This document shows, piece by piece, positions 20,349 through 31,955 of a stretch of DNA of 64,000 bases. This DNA is from Candidatus Poribacteria bacterium. Lineage in GTDB: Bacteria; Poribacteria; WGA-4E; WGA-3G. The stretch covers positions 864,001 to 928,000 of the forward strand of contig CAXXUA010000004.1 in assembly GCA_963663765.2 (NCBI GenBank), given 5' to 3'. Both the position numbers and the translations under genes were made by a program. The notes beneath the pieces are model-generated. The model searched no databases. It worked only from the letters and a program-made list of their open reading frames with translations, and was not told the DNA's origin. Numbering within the stretch: position 1 is the stretch's first letter; the number at the start of each line of letters is the position of its first letter.

Positions 20349-22361
20349 CTAACTTTGGATATAAGGTTTCATATCCCAAAGCAGAATGGTACCATCATAC
20401 CCGCCACTTGCCAATACGGAACCATCAGGTGAAAATGCCAGACATTGGATATCTGACGGATGTCCTCGGAAATCTGTGATTTTTTCACCGGTCTTAACAT
20501 CCCACAACAACACCGGACACTTCTTAATACCGAAGTCACGTATCCACCACGCACCAGAAGCCAAATAGCACCCACACGGTGAAAAGGCTAACGCATAAGG
20601 ATATACACTATCTTGTGGTAGCGGTAGTGTCAAAACGATCTCACAATGGACGGTGTCCCATAACAGAAGTTCTCGAATTCTTCCACAAGCTATCAGACGA
20701 CTGCAATCAGAAAAGGCAATTGCACGAATTTATTTTGGGAACGCTTCAATAGACTCACCACTTTCAACATCCCACATTCGGGATTTAGGTCCAGTGCTGC
20801 TAATGCTTACCAGCAGTTTTTCATTTGGACTAAAAGCAAGTGAATACGTCCCTTCAGCATGCGCTTTGAACGCATGCTGTATGTGCTGTTTCTGCACATC
20901 CCACACATACAGCATGCCATCACTATCCGTGCATGCCAGTTTGTTGCTTTTGTGTGCGAATACTGCCGTTGATACTTGCCGTTCTTGTTCGGTAAGTCGT
21001 CTTTTTTCGTTAGGAAGGGTAAAAGTTGCAACTGGAGTCTCTGCATTTCCAATATCCCAGACCTTTGCAATTGAACCGTCACGACCAGCTGCATAGATTT
21101 TTCCCTGTGACGACACAGAGACATTAAATTTTCTTCCAGGTAGATTGAAACTGGATGGTGGTAAGAAAGGTAGGGTAATATCCCATAACCTTACCTTCCC
21201 GTTTTCGCTCCTATACCCGCCTACAAGCGTTTTTCCATCTGGGGTAAAAACCAGCGAAAAAGGAACGCCAGTATGTAAATGTGGAGACAAATGTGGTTCG
21301 GAATTTCCCATCGTCCATTTCCGAAATTCACGGGGATTCTTGGAAGCTAAAACATAAGAAGTGCCCTTTGGAACGTGTGCACCCTGGAGAGAATTATGTT
21401 CTTCAAGGAAGAGGTTACCCTTTTCACCATGCGCTATGTCCCACACTATTAAGGCATCATCAGACATCTCTAAAGCATACAGCATGCCCTCTGGTGAATA
21501 AAAGACCTTCTTCCATTCCGTGCCAAGATTTTGAAATGTATGGAGCAACTCCCAATTTATGACTGACCAAACTCGAATTGCGCCATCTCGTCCACCAGAT
21601 GCAAGGAACTGTCCACAGGGTGAAAAGACAACACTATAAACAAAATCAGGATGTTCTGTAAGACAAGTGAGTTGCTCACCTGTTTTTATATTCCATATAA
21701 CGATATAGTTGGAAGTGTGTTCGGTTTTAGGGATTCTTGGGATTCTCCAACCGCGATCTGCATGTGTGAATAAACGTTCATCAGACATTGTACAAGCGAT
21801 TAAACTGCTATCCGGAGAGAAGGCAATAGGACGTCGTAGAATAGGTTCCCAGATATAATTGGTATTGTCGTGAAATTTTGCAATCAGCTCCCATGTTTCA
21901 GTATTCCAGACATATAAGATGTAGTCACGCTTATTGGAAACAGCGAGAAGCTGACTATCAGGCGAGAAGACGATGTGGGAGACATAATCGTAAGATCTCT
22001 CCGCTTCATCTCGTTCCATTTGAGAAATGCAAACACCTCTCTGCCAATCCCATACCTTGACGAGGCCGTCTCCATCGGCTGTAGCAAGCCACTTGCCGTT
22101 TGGTGAAAAGGAGACAGCATCAATATATCCCCTATCAGTTTCCCAGAGATCAATAGGAACCATAGTGGATAAATCATACCACCATATCCCTATAGAACTC
22201 CCGCATGCAAAGTGTTTTCCATCAGGAGAATATGATGTGGTATCAGGTATTATTAACCCTTGCCCGAATCGTGCAATAGCGCCATCAGGAAGTTCCCAGG
22301 TGGTTATATCATTGTTTTTAATTTGCCCTAAAGCAGACGACCAGACTGCACTCTTTTGCAT
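20349..22361 (-). pseudogene. WD40-repeat protein interrupted by one in-frame TAA (20732..20730)
   Basis: The frame continues after the stop as IRAIAFSDCSRLIACG...LLLWD into ORF 20349..20633; paralog of 18107..20146. Confidence 0.85.
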
Positions 22362-22377
22362 ATAATTGTCCTCTTAA

Positions 22378-22536
22378 TAATACCATTTTCATGTGATAAT
22401 GTCTCATTAGCAGCGGAAATCTGGTAGGAGCGACCTCACGGTCGCGACCGGGAGGTCGCTCCTACCAAAGAGAGTAACCCCCTGCCAGTAAACAGTAGAA
22501 TTCCTTAATGAGACAAGATTTATTTGAATTGGTATA
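22378..22536. mobile_element. 159-bp MITE (inverted copy of 5327..5485)
   Basis: Sequence identity; TA-flanked ends. Confidence 0.8.
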
Positions 22537-22705
22537 ATATGGCACTCGTCATTCAACTATACGCATTCTTGGATGCACTTATGTTTCTTACACCGAACAT
22601 AACGAGATGGTTGCAGGGTGTGAAAAGAATTTGTACTGAAATTTGCAATCAATCCAAATACACAATATACTTATTGGAAATCCCAATAACCAAACACCAA
22701 AAAAA

Positions 22706-22984
22706 CGAGTTGTGCTAAATAACTATATGTTAACCATTGTTTCACATAAGCATGACGTTTTGCAGGTGTCCTTCATAGTTTGAAACGATCTTCAGTCCCG
22801 ACAAATGCCATACGGGGAATGCCTTAATGGCATTCATACCCGGGGAATGCCAAAAGGCATTCATACCGTTGATTTCTTGATTTGGCGCATTTGGCGTTGA
22901 TTTGGTAGGGACGATATGTGCGCATTATAAACCTAATATATGTAATAACTTTGAAAACAATGGATTAACTGGCACAAGTCGTTA
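22706..22984. mobile_element. AACGA(C/G)TTGTGC-ended MITE with nested micro-insertions
   Basis: Inverted termini; matches 48553..48779 apart from the inserts and one internal unit. Confidence 0.75.
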
Positions 22985-23153
22985 CTATAAGAATACATTA
23001 TGACATTTGAATTCCTCTGACTTTACACACCCAAACTTGAAGTACTATTTCACTTTAAGTTAAACTGATTAAACGACACTCTACTTTTCACGTCAAAATG
23101 AATACTCGTTCTAAATCCACGGAACGAGAAAGTTTTCCTGGAGGATACTCACC

Positions 23154-24917
23154 ATTCGCAGTCTATTCGGTCTGAAAAAATACGTCAAAAGATATAGATA
23201 CGCCATTCTGCTTAGTTTCATTTTAGTGATTCTGACTAATGGGTTGCTGCTAATTAGTCCAATAATATTACGAGTATTTTTTAATGAGTTAGAACAGGAT
23301 TTTAGAAACCCAGAATTTTCAATCACTCAGAACCGTGTACTATTTTTTGCAGCCCTCATATTTGGCGTTGCATTCGTAGGGGGTATATTCCGTTTCGGAC
23401 AACGACGTATTATCCAAGGCGTCGCAAGACAGATAGAATTCCATCTACGTGCGGACTTTTTTCTCCATCTGCAAAAACTCTCCGCTTCATATTTTAGCAA
23501 CATCCGAACAGGCGATCTGATGACGCGCGCTACAAGCGATCTGAATGCTATTCGAATGGTGCTGAGTAGTGCTATCATATATACTGCTGATGCAATAGTG
23601 TTTTTCGGGTTTGCACTGGTTATTATGGTTCGCATTGATACATCTCTGACGCTTGTTGCCTTGTTGCCGTATCCGATTCTTGCATTTATTATACGTCTGC
23701 TTGGTAAACACATACACGCACATTACGAACGGATACAAGGGGCGTTTTCTACGATGAATACCAAGGTGCAAGAGAACTTATCAGGTGTACGTGTCGTCAA
23801 AGCGTATACACTTGAGCAGAATGAGGTCGAACATTTCAAGGAATTGAATCAAGAGTTTGTACATCGAAACCACAAACAGATACGTCTGATGACCTTTTTC
23901 TTCCCATTGTTTCGGTTCTTGCCGGGAATAGGTGGTGTTGTACTTCTATGGATGGGAGGAACCCATGTGATTCAGCAGAAAATTACATTGGGTGACTTTG
24001 TTGCTTTCAATGCTTATCTCATGATGCTTGTGCGTCCAATGATAATGCTGGGTTTTATTGTTAATACCTTTGAACGTGGGGCTGCATCAATGGGCAGGAT
24101 AAACGCTATCCTGAGTGAAAATCCAGAAATATACGATGGCGAAAATGTCCAATATAATAAAAAAAGCATTGAAGGTGAAATAACATTAAAGAACCTGAAT
24201 TTCAGTTATCCTGATGGACAGTCTGTCCTAAAAGACATTAACCTAACTATACAAAAAGGCACTACACTTGCGATTGTTGGGGGAACAGGTTCAGGGAAAT
24301 CAACGCTCGTAAATCTTATTCCGCGCATTCGACAAACTGAACGAGGAACAATTTTTATTGATGGTGTGGATATACAGGACATTCCCCTAAACGTTCTCCG
24401 TTCCAATATCGGTTTTGTTGAACAGGAACCTTTCTTGTTTTCTGATTACTTAAGGTATAATATCGCTTATGGTGTTGATACACCAGACGATGACGCAATC
24501 AGGAATGCTGCACATACTGCTGACTTATTGGCACAAATTGAGGAATTTCCAGATGGCTTGCAAACCTTCCTTGGAGAACGTGGTATAACGATTTCTGGTG
24601 GACAACGCCAACGCAGCGCACTTGCACGCGCTATACTGATTAAACCAAAAATCCTTATCCTTGACGATGCATTTGCAAATGTGGATACACAGACTGAGGA
24701 TACAATATTAAACAGGTTATCAGAAATTATGAAAGATAGGACGACGATACTTATTTCACACAGGATTTCTACTGTAAAAAATGCGGATCACATCATCGTA
24801 TTGAACGATGGGAGTATTGTTGAATCTGGGACGCATGAACAACTCCTTGACAAGCGCGGGATTTATGCTGGTATCTATGAAACACAACTGTTACAGGATG
24901 AACTTGAAGAACTATAG
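23154..24917 (+). CDS. ABC exporter subunit (MdlA/YheI-like fused permease-ATPase)
   Basis: TM domain, GGTGSGKS and degenerate ISGGQ/DD motifs; start extended to an in-frame ATT at 23154 after GGAGG (the track starts at 23226). Confidence 0.9.
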   Translation: MRSLFGLKKYVKRYRYAILLSFILVILTNGLLLISPIILRVFFNELEQDFRNPEFSITQNRVLFFAALIFGVAFVGGIFRFGQRRIIQGVARQIEFHLRADFFLHLQKLSASYFSNIRTGDLMTRATSDLNAIRMVLSSAIIYTADAIVFFGFALVIMVRIDTSLTLVALLPYPILAFIIRLLGKHIHAHYERIQGAFSTMNTKVQENLSGVRVVKAYTLEQNEVEHFKELNQEFVHRNHKQIRLMTFFFPLFRFLPGIGGVVLLWMGGTHVIQQKITLGDFVAFNAYLMMLVRPMIMLGFIVNTFERGAASMGRINAILSENPEIYDGENVQYNKKSIEGEITLKNLNFSYPDGQSVLKDINLTIQKGTTLAIVGGTGSGKSTLVNLIPRIRQTERGTIFIDGVDIQDIPLNVLRSNIGFVEQEPFLFSDYLRYNIAYGVDTPDDDAIRNAAHTADLLAQIEEFPDGLQTFLGERGITISGGQRQRSALARAILIKPKILILDDAFANVDTQTEDTILNRLSEIMKDRTTILISHRISTVKNADHIIVLNDGSIVESGTHEQLLDKRGIYAGIYETQLLQDELEEL

Positions 24918-24931
24918 AGAGGAATCTTACT

Positions 24932-26749
24932 ATGTTTGGCATGGGTAGCAACCTATATGAATATAGTGATGAAGAACAAGAACTTGGAAAAGTCTACGAT
25001 TGGGATTTGTTGAAACGTTTGCTCGCATATCTCAAACCATATACTTTTCAGTTGTTTTTCATTGCTTTTCTTATGATAGGTACCACACTTACGCGTTTGG
25101 TTGGTCCCTTCTTGATGCAAATTGCAATTGATAGTCATATTATCCCTGGTGAGTTAGAAGGTTTGGGGTTAATCGCTGCTTTTCTTATTTTTGCATTGGT
25201 TGGTGAGTTTGTGTTTGCTTACTTTGAAGAGTATCGTATCCAAATGATCGGGCAACATGTCATGCACGATCTCCGTCAGACGCTCTTCTCACATCTACAA
25301 CGATTGGACGTACAGTATTTTGACAAGAACCCTGTGGGTAGATTGATGACACGCGTCATGGGTGATGTTCAGGTACTAAACGAACTTTTTACATCTGGTG
25401 TCATTACGGTTTTTGGAAATTTGCTGAGTATACTGGGTATAATGGTAGCGATGTTATTATACAATTGGAAACTAGCGTGTGTTACATTCACGGTTATCCC
25501 AATTATTTTTGGAGCGACACTTGTCTACCAAATATACTCAAGACGTGCTTTCCGTGAACAACGTAAGCAGCTGGCACGTATCAATGCGTTCCTTCAGGAA
25601 AACATCGTTGGGATGACGACGATGCAGTTGTTTACACAGGAACGTAGAAGTTATCACCGTTTCAACGAACGCAACCGTAGGTATCTTGCAGCAAATCTTC
25701 GTAGTATTTTTTATTTTTCTATATTTCATCCAATGATAGAAGTAACCGCGTCTCTTGCGACAGCAGTGATTATCTGGTATGGGGGCGGACAGATTGTGCA
25801 AGCAGTATTGACATTTGGTGTGTTGGTTGCGTTTATACGTTATGCTGAACGTTTCTTCTGGCCGATACGCGAACTCAGTGAAAAATATACTATCTTTCAG
25901 AACGCAATGGCTTCCTCAGAACGTATATTCCAGCTCTTGGACACAGAACCGTCTATTGTTTCTACTGTAGATAAAAGCGGTACAGATACACTGAAGGGTG
26001 AGATTGAATTTCGGAACGTCTGGTTTGCATATAACGATGAGGATTATGTCCTGAAGGATGTCTCATTCAAGGTGAAACCAGGAGAGAAGGTCGCACTTGT
26101 TGGACACACTGGTGCAGGAAAAACCTCTATTATCAACCTATTATGCCGATTCTATGAGATAAACAAAGGACAGATCCTGATTGATGGCAAAGACCTTAGA
26201 GATATGAATTTGGATGAACTGCGGAAAGCTATCAGTATCGTGCAGCAGAATATCTTTCTATTCTCCGATACCATTGAACGGAATATCAGTTTAGGTAATC
26301 CATCTATATCATCTGAGAAGGTTGTACGCGCTGCAGAAGATGTGCATTTGGATCGGTTTATACAAAAGATGCCTGACGGTTATCAAACAGAGATTAAGGA
26401 GGATGGCGGTGGATTATCCGTTGGGCAGAAGCAGTTGGTTGCATTCGCACGTGCCTTAGCTTCCGATCCAAGTATCCTCATTCTTGACGAGGCAACCTCA
26501 AGTGTTGATACGGAGACAGAAATACTCATTGAGGATGCACTCAGTCACCTGATGGAAGAACGTACATCTGTAGTTATAGCACACCGTCTTTCCACAATTC
26601 AGAACGCTGATAGAATCATCGTGATGCATCGAGGGGAAATTCGTGAAACTGGCACACATAATGAGTTGTTACTGAAAGAGGGTATCTATTATCGGTTGTA
26701 TCAACTGCAATACAAAGGTCAGGAAGCAGAAAGACTGAAAACTGCTTAA
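24932..26749 (+). CDS. ABC exporter subunit (MdlB/YheH-like), heterodimer partner
   Basis: GHTGAGKT, LSVGQKQ, ILILDEATS. Confidence 0.92.
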   Translation: MFGMGSNLYEYSDEEQELGKVYDWDLLKRLLAYLKPYTFQLFFIAFLMIGTTLTRLVGPFLMQIAIDSHIIPGELEGLGLIAAFLIFALVGEFVFAYFEEYRIQMIGQHVMHDLRQTLFSHLQRLDVQYFDKNPVGRLMTRVMGDVQVLNELFTSGVITVFGNLLSILGIMVAMLLYNWKLACVTFTVIPIIFGATLVYQIYSRRAFREQRKQLARINAFLQENIVGMTTMQLFTQERRSYHRFNERNRRYLAANLRSIFYFSIFHPMIEVTASLATAVIIWYGGGQIVQAVLTFGVLVAFIRYAERFFWPIRELSEKYTIFQNAMASSERIFQLLDTEPSIVSTVDKSGTDTLKGEIEFRNVWFAYNDEDYVLKDVSFKVKPGEKVALVGHTGAGKTSIINLLCRFYEINKGQILIDGKDLRDMNLDELRKAISIVQQNIFLFSDTIERNISLGNPSISSEKVVRAAEDVHLDRFIQKMPDGYQTEIKEDGGGLSVGQKQLVAFARALASDPSILILDEATSSVDTETEILIEDALSHLMEERTSVVIAHRLSTIQNADRIIVMHRGEIRETGTHNELLLKEGIYYRLYQLQYKGQEAERLKTA

Positions 26750-26771
26750 GTCATCTTGCAAACACATGATA

Positions 26772-27164
26772 CAGGGTTATTCAGTTTTAGGAGTTTTCTG
26801 TTATTGAGATTTACTGAAAGTTAATACCCAAATGAGGTTTCCTAACTGCACCTTATACATCAATTTTAGATTATTGAAACATGAACATTGCTCTTTAGTC
26901 CCGACAAATGCCATACGCGCATTTGGCGTTGATTTGGTAGGGACGATATGTTTATAGAAAACGAATACCCTCCCCAGCTCTTTAGTCCCGTAGGGACGAT
27001 ATGTTTATTCTTCTATGCCGTTCCTACGGAACTCAAGAGAGTTAGATAACATTTTTCTATAAACATATCGTCCCTACGGGACTAAAGACACGGACAAGAT
27101 GGCATCACATAAATTAACGTCATAGCAAAAAATCATCAAAAATACCTAAAACTAAATAACCCTG
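26772..27164. mobile_element. 393-bp MITE with CAGGGTTATT TIRs and 9-bp TSD CACATGATA
   Basis: TIR and TSD read directly; CAGGG ends resemble the ISAs1 family. Confidence 0.88.
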
Positions 27165-27211
27165 CACATGATAATCTATGGTAGATTATGAAATAAATCA
27201 CATACATAACA

Positions 27212-27863
27212 GGTAGGAGCGACCTCACGGTCGCGACCGTCTCCTGCGTCGGTAGGAGCAACCTCACGATCGCGACCGTCTACTGTGTGGGTAGGAGCGA
27301 CCTCACGATCGCGACCGTCTCCTGTGTGGGTAGGAGCGACCTCACGATCGCGACTATCCCCTGCGTCGGTAGGAGCAATCTCCCGATCGCGACCATCCCC
27401 TGCGTCGGTAGGAGCAATCTCCCGGTCGCGACCGTCCTCTGCGTCGGTAGGAGCAACCTCACGGTCGAGACCGTCTCATGAGTGGGTAGGAGCAACCTCA
27501 CGGTCGAGACCGTCTCATGAGTGGGTAGGAGATACCTCCCGGTCGCGACCATCCCCTGCGTCGGTAGGAGCAACCTCACGATCGCGACCGTCTACTGTGT
27601 GGGTAGGAGCAACCTCACGATCGCGACTATCCCCTGCGTGGGTAGGAGCAATCTCCCGGTCGCGACCGTCCCCTGCGTGGGTAGGAGCAACCTCACGATC
27701 GCGACCATCCCCTGCGTCGGTAGGAGCAACCTCACGATCGCGACCGTCTACTGTGTGGGTAGGAGCGACCTCCCGGTCGCGACCGTCCCCTGCGTGGGTA
27801 GGAGCAACCTCACGATCGCGACCGTCCCCTGCGTGGGTAGGAGCGACCTCCCGGTCGCGACCG
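27212..27863 (+). repeat. Tandem array of 17 x 39-bp units with core GTAGGAGC(G/A)ACCTC(A/C)CG(G/A)TCGCGACC
   Basis: Constant 39-bp period; palindromic GTAG-REP core. Confidence 0.95.
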
Positions 27864-28002
27864 TATTGAGACCATGTATCAAAACATTTGCTCCTACAAC
27901 TCAGAATGTAGTAGAATTAATTGTATAATCTACCATAGTAATACCTGTGAATATTGTGTCTGATTAATTTCATAGAATTCACAATGTGATTGAGTGTGTA
28001 TA

Positions 28003-29250
28003 ATGCAAGAGTATTTTCGTTTACTACAGACAGATATCAAGCGTATTTCACAGAATGTGTTCCAGCAGTTTAGGGAACACAACTGCATGCATCAAGCTGC
28101 ATCATTATCATTCAACACAATCCTTTGTCTTGTGCCACTATCGGCGGTCGCTCTTTTCCTTTTAAAGACCTTTGGAGTGGTTGACAAGGACAACTCATTT
28201 TTATTAGCAACGCTGAATAATTACCTTCCTCGCTACAGAGCAGATGATATAATAACAAGCATCTCCGAATTTACCAACAGGAATCTTACAGGACTTGGCA
28301 TCGGGGGTTTCTTACTTTTCTTAATCATATCTCTGATTTTGTTCATGTCTATTGAAGGACATTTCAATCGTATTTGGGGAAGTCAACGTCTACCTTTGTT
28401 ACAAGCATTTCAGAAGTATTTAGTTTTCTACATGCTATTGCTAATAGGTCCTCTCTTTGTCTGGATCGTCTTTTCATCGGTGAGTAATGTAGTCTTATCC
28501 AATCTCTTGCCGTGGATATCTGTATACTTCCTTTTTGTGCTTATGTTTGTTGCGTTACCAAATTTATCAGTGAACTGGAAAGCGGCTCTAATAGGAGCAT
28601 TCTTTGCAGGAACACTCTTTCAAATTGCACGTACTGTCTTTGCAAATTACTTAGAGTTAGTGTGGAAAAACTATACTGAAATCTATGGCACATTAGCAAT
28701 GTTGATTATTTTAGCAATTTGGATTTATATTACTTGGATTATAATTCTCTTAGGTGTTGAGGTTACCTACGCCATTCAAAAGAAGATAGAGATAAAGAAA
28801 ACAATCACAGACTCACATGATCAGCACATAGACATTATCAATATGTCCTGTATTATAACGCTATTTTTGATGGTTGCTATACACTTTCAAAAAGGTAAGG
28901 GTGCATGTATGATTTCAGATCTCAGTAAAAAGACTAAAATTTCTGAATCAGTCGTCAAGCGTATATTTGATTGTTTTATAGCTGCTGACCTTATCTATGA
29001 AGTTCAAAGTGATACAAAAGGGTATATACCTACAAGATCATTAGATTCTATCACACTTGAAACCGTTATTTCATGTGTTGATGGAGAACTGACAAAACAT
29101 TTTATTGATGCAATAGATGCTCCACCTGATTTGACAAAGATGTTAGAAAAAGTTCAAGAAACTCAGACTGAGCAGCTAAAACATATTACGGTGAGTTCAC
29201 TTATTGAGGATATTGACCCCAATAACCATCAGCACGGATTAGCAGGTTAA
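28003..29250 (+). CDS. YihY/BrkB family membrane protein with C-terminal Rrf2-like wHTH
   Basis: AASLSFNTIL, FNRIW, IYGTLA and WIIILLGVE motifs; C-terminal GYIPTRSLDSITL. Confidence 0.85.
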   Translation: MQEYFRLLQTDIKRISQNVFQQFREHNCMHQAASLSFNTILCLVPLSAVALFLLKTFGVVDKDNSFLLATLNNYLPRYRADDIITSISEFTNRNLTGLGIGGFLLFLIISLILFMSIEGHFNRIWGSQRLPLLQAFQKYLVFYMLLLIGPLFVWIVFSSVSNVVLSNLLPWISVYFLFVLMFVALPNLSVNWKAALIGAFFAGTLFQIARTVFANYLELVWKNYTEIYGTLAMLIILAIWIYITWIIILLGVEVTYAIQKKIEIKKTITDSHDQHIDIINMSCIITLFLMVAIHFQKGKGACMISDLSKKTKISESVVKRIFDCFIAADLIYEVQSDTKGYIPTRSLDSITLETVISCVDGELTKHFIDAIDAPPDLTKMLEKVQETQTEQLKHITVSSLIEDIDPNNHQHGLAG

Positions 29251-29380
29251 TAAAGGTTCGTTGTAATGAAGGATAACTTGTTGGTGTAAAGCCGAAATAA
29301 GTCTGTCATGTCCTACTTCACCACGAAATCTGTTAATCATTTCCATATCTTGTTAATTTTTATAGTGTTTTGTTACGCTG

Positions 29381-30634
29381 CTAATGATGCGGGGGAGTTA
29401 GCATTGCGGCGATGTCTTCTGGTAGTTTGACGTTGTGTTTCTGCTCAAAGTCGGCAACGTTCGCGTAAGCGTTACGAAATAAAGCAATGATATCTACTCC
29501 CATGTTTCTGGCAATCGTTAGGTCCGATTTGGCTTTTTGCCACTCTTGCAGGTCTAATAGGGCTATACTGCGATTGTTATAGAATCGAACATCGTCCGGT
29601 TTGATCTTTATAGCACTGTCATAGTCTTCAATGGCGCGGTTAATCTCCCCTTTTTTATGGTAAGCGTAACCACGATTGTTATATGCCTCAGCAAAATTCG
29701 GGTTGAATTTTGTTGCTTTGTTATAGTCTTCAATAGCTGGGTCATACTCATTTTTTTCACCGTAAGCAATACCACGACTATAATAGGCTACAGAAATATT
29801 GGATGTGTCCCCAGGATCCAACCTTATAAATTCAGTATAGTACTCAATAGCGTCATCCAGGTTATCATTTTGATGTGCTTCAAAACCGCGTTGCAGATAA
29901 TCTTGAGCATCAGGTTCAATGTATGGTTTATTGTGCGCATAGAGTCGTGAAAAACCGTCAAAATCTGGGTAAATAGTAGATTCAGTGATACCTGATATTT
30001 TGTCCAAAGCAGCTAACATTTCTTGCTTATTATCTTTTTTGATGATACATTCAGCCTCTGCCTCAATTTGGGCACCACTAAATACAAAGACAGACTGTTG
30101 GGCAATAATACGGTTATTCTGCAGTTTAGGTTGCCATTGATAGAGTGGATATCTACCGTTTTCGTCCGGTTTGATAAAATAGTCAATTTCTTTTGTGATT
30201 AAATCGGGATTAACCGTTTTTAGTCGGACCATATCATCATGGCGGACAGCATAGACTTTTCCATTTGCTTCCCCTTTTGAACCTTGCTGGCAAGCAAACC
30301 AGAGGGCAACCAAAGCACTACGTGAAAAATCTATCAGGCAGGTGGCAGCACCGAAATGTTGAAGTTCTGCAAGTATTTCTAAGTCAGATAATTGTTGCCC
30401 ATTTTTCTGATCGTGTCCCAATGCCCGCGCTTTCATTATCAAATCCTTGTTGATATTGAGTAGCTTAATCGGATTGTTTTCATCTATTTCTGAGAGGCGG
30501 CGATAAGCGGATGCCTTTATTTTGTAACGTTCCGTTGAAACACCACGAAACAGGTATTGTCCATCGCTAAATTGTGCCGCCCATTCTATAAACTCGTTTA
30601 TGGTCTTAGCAGTGATGTTGTTTTTATCTTCCAA
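29381..30634 (-). CDS. FRG-domain + TPR protein
   Basis: YLFRGVS, LQHFGAATCLIDFS, ALWFAC, RIIAQQSVF; TPRs (AYNNRG) in the C-terminal third. Confidence 0.9.
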   Translation of the reverse strand: MEDKNNITAKTINEFIEWAAQFSDGQYLFRGVSTERYKIKASAYRRLSEIDENNPIKLLNINKDLIMKARALGHDQKNGQQLSDLEILAELQHFGAATCLIDFSRSALVALWFACQQGSKGEANGKVYAVRHDDMVRLKTVNPDLITKEIDYFIKPDENGRYPLYQWQPKLQNNRIIAQQSVFVFSGAQIEAEAECIIKKDNKQEMLAALDKISGITESTIYPDFDGFSRLYAHNKPYIEPDAQDYLQRGFEAHQNDNLDDAIEYYTEFIRLDPGDTSNISVAYYSRGIAYGEKNEYDPAIEDYNKATKFNPNFAEAYNNRGYAYHKKGEINRAIEDYDSAIKIKPDDVRFYNNRSIALLDLQEWQKAKSDLTIARNMGVDIIALFRNAYANVADFEQKHNVKLPEDIAAMLTPPHH

Positions 30635-30737
30635 AATGATTGTTTGTTTCCATTCAAGTTTACTTTTGTTTAAATTTAGTGGATTCAGATCAATATCCCA
30701 CTAAAACAGCGGGCATCTTGAGTTTTCAAAAGGAGGG

Positions 30738-31955
30738 TTATTCAGAGAGTTGGCAGGTGCCATCAACCTCAAATTCATAAGGTTCTTCGTTTATATACCG
30801 TTTGTGTCGACGTCCTTTAAATTTGACTTCTACCTGTTCAGGATTCAGAAGTTTCAAATCAAATTGAAGCACCTCCTCAACTGTGTTTGAAAGTTTCAGG
30901 TAAAGAATAGACGTTAAACGAGCATACTTCTCAAATTGACTTTGTCTTTTTCCAAAAAGTCTAAATAAGGGTGGAATGGGTGATCCAGAAATTTGAAATC
31001 CATTTCCCCCACGGATAAACACTTCAAGTGAAGCTTCGTTAAGCAACCCAACGGTTCCAGTTCTGTTCTGGAAATCATCTGGAAGTTCAGGTAATTTCTT
31101 ATTGAGTAAAATCCGTTTTGCACGCTCTTCTGCAAGCTTTTCTGGTGTGAAAGATCCGAAAGTGATCTCACCAAGGGGGTCCCCATTTTGTTTGTGTCTT
31201 TCTTCCTTGAAAACGACTTTCCAAACGTTTTGAGAACCGGATGTAGTTTCAACAATATCCTGAGGTTTTACCCACGTGGCATCTTCTCTTAACGCAAACG
31301 CAATGTGAACATCTCTTGTAAACGCGTCATTTATATGTCTTCTCAATGTACGGAGAAAAGCAGTTTCTTCTAGGGAATCTGGAAGCAGTTCGATCGAAAT
31401 TTCTGTTGAATCCCAGTGTGGACTTTGGAATGGAATGAAATACAATTTTCCATCTTCAGACATTAACAGTACATATTCGGTTGTGTCTTTCTCGACGACA
31501 CCGGAATTTGTTCGGTCCGTTGCAGCTGTTTTTGGTGTTGTTCCTGATAGTTTCTTATCTAAAGCTTCGTACACTTCTTCAATTGTGATTGAACGTAAAT
31601 CAAGATACCCAACTGTCGGAGGAATGCCCGGAATCTCTGTATCGTCAAGACGTACTGGTAGGATATACTCACGGTTTTCCTGAAATGCTCTCGCTTGAGC
31701 ATTTTGACGTTCATAGTTCGTCCATAACTTTTGTTCGTAGTGTTTAGACAGGAACATCACGCAATAGCGCGCACGGTCTTTATAAACCGTTGACAAGTAA
31801 TCATAAAGGTTTTTTCCCCAAAGATTTGCTAACTCATTCTCATCGTAAAAGCACGAATAACCGTTCATCTTAAGAAGATCCGCTAACGCTTTGGCATGTT
31901 TTCTATCTTCTCCAGCAAATGATAATGCTACATCGTATTCTTGCATTTTTGGCAC
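30738..31955 (-). CDS. TIR-domain protein with unknown C-terminal domain
   Basis: YDVALSFAGEDR...WTNYERQ...ILPVRLD (TIR_2 type), catalytic Glu position retained. Confidence 0.9.
   Translation of the reverse strand: MPKMQEYDVALSFAGEDRKHAKALADLLKMNGYSCFYDENELANLWGKNLYDYLSTVYKDRARYCVMFLSKHYEQKLWTNYERQNAQARAFQENREYILPVRLDDTEIPGIPPTVGYLDLRSITIEEVYEALDKKLSGTTPKTAATDRTNSGVVEKDTTEYVLLMSEDGKLYFIPFQSPHWDSTEISIELLPDSLEETAFLRTLRRHINDAFTRDVHIAFALREDATWVKPQDIVETTSGSQNVWKVVFKEERHKQNGDPLGEITFGSFTPEKLAEERAKRILLNKKLPELPDDFQNRTGTVGLLNEASLEVFIRGGNGFQISGSPIPPLFRLFGKRQSQFEKYARLTSILYLKLSNTVEEVLQFDLKLLNPEQVEVKFKGRRHKRYINEEPYEFEVDGTCQLSE

Noticed and set aside
20730-20732. Second recoding site (Sec/Pyl) in the WD40 gene
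   Set aside because: The codon is TAA, with no redox motif and no evident downstream hairpin
27212-27863. CRISPR array or repeat-protein CDS (VGATSRSRP)
   Set aside because: The 39-bp period opens several frames on both strands; linkers are homologous; the core is a dispersed REP
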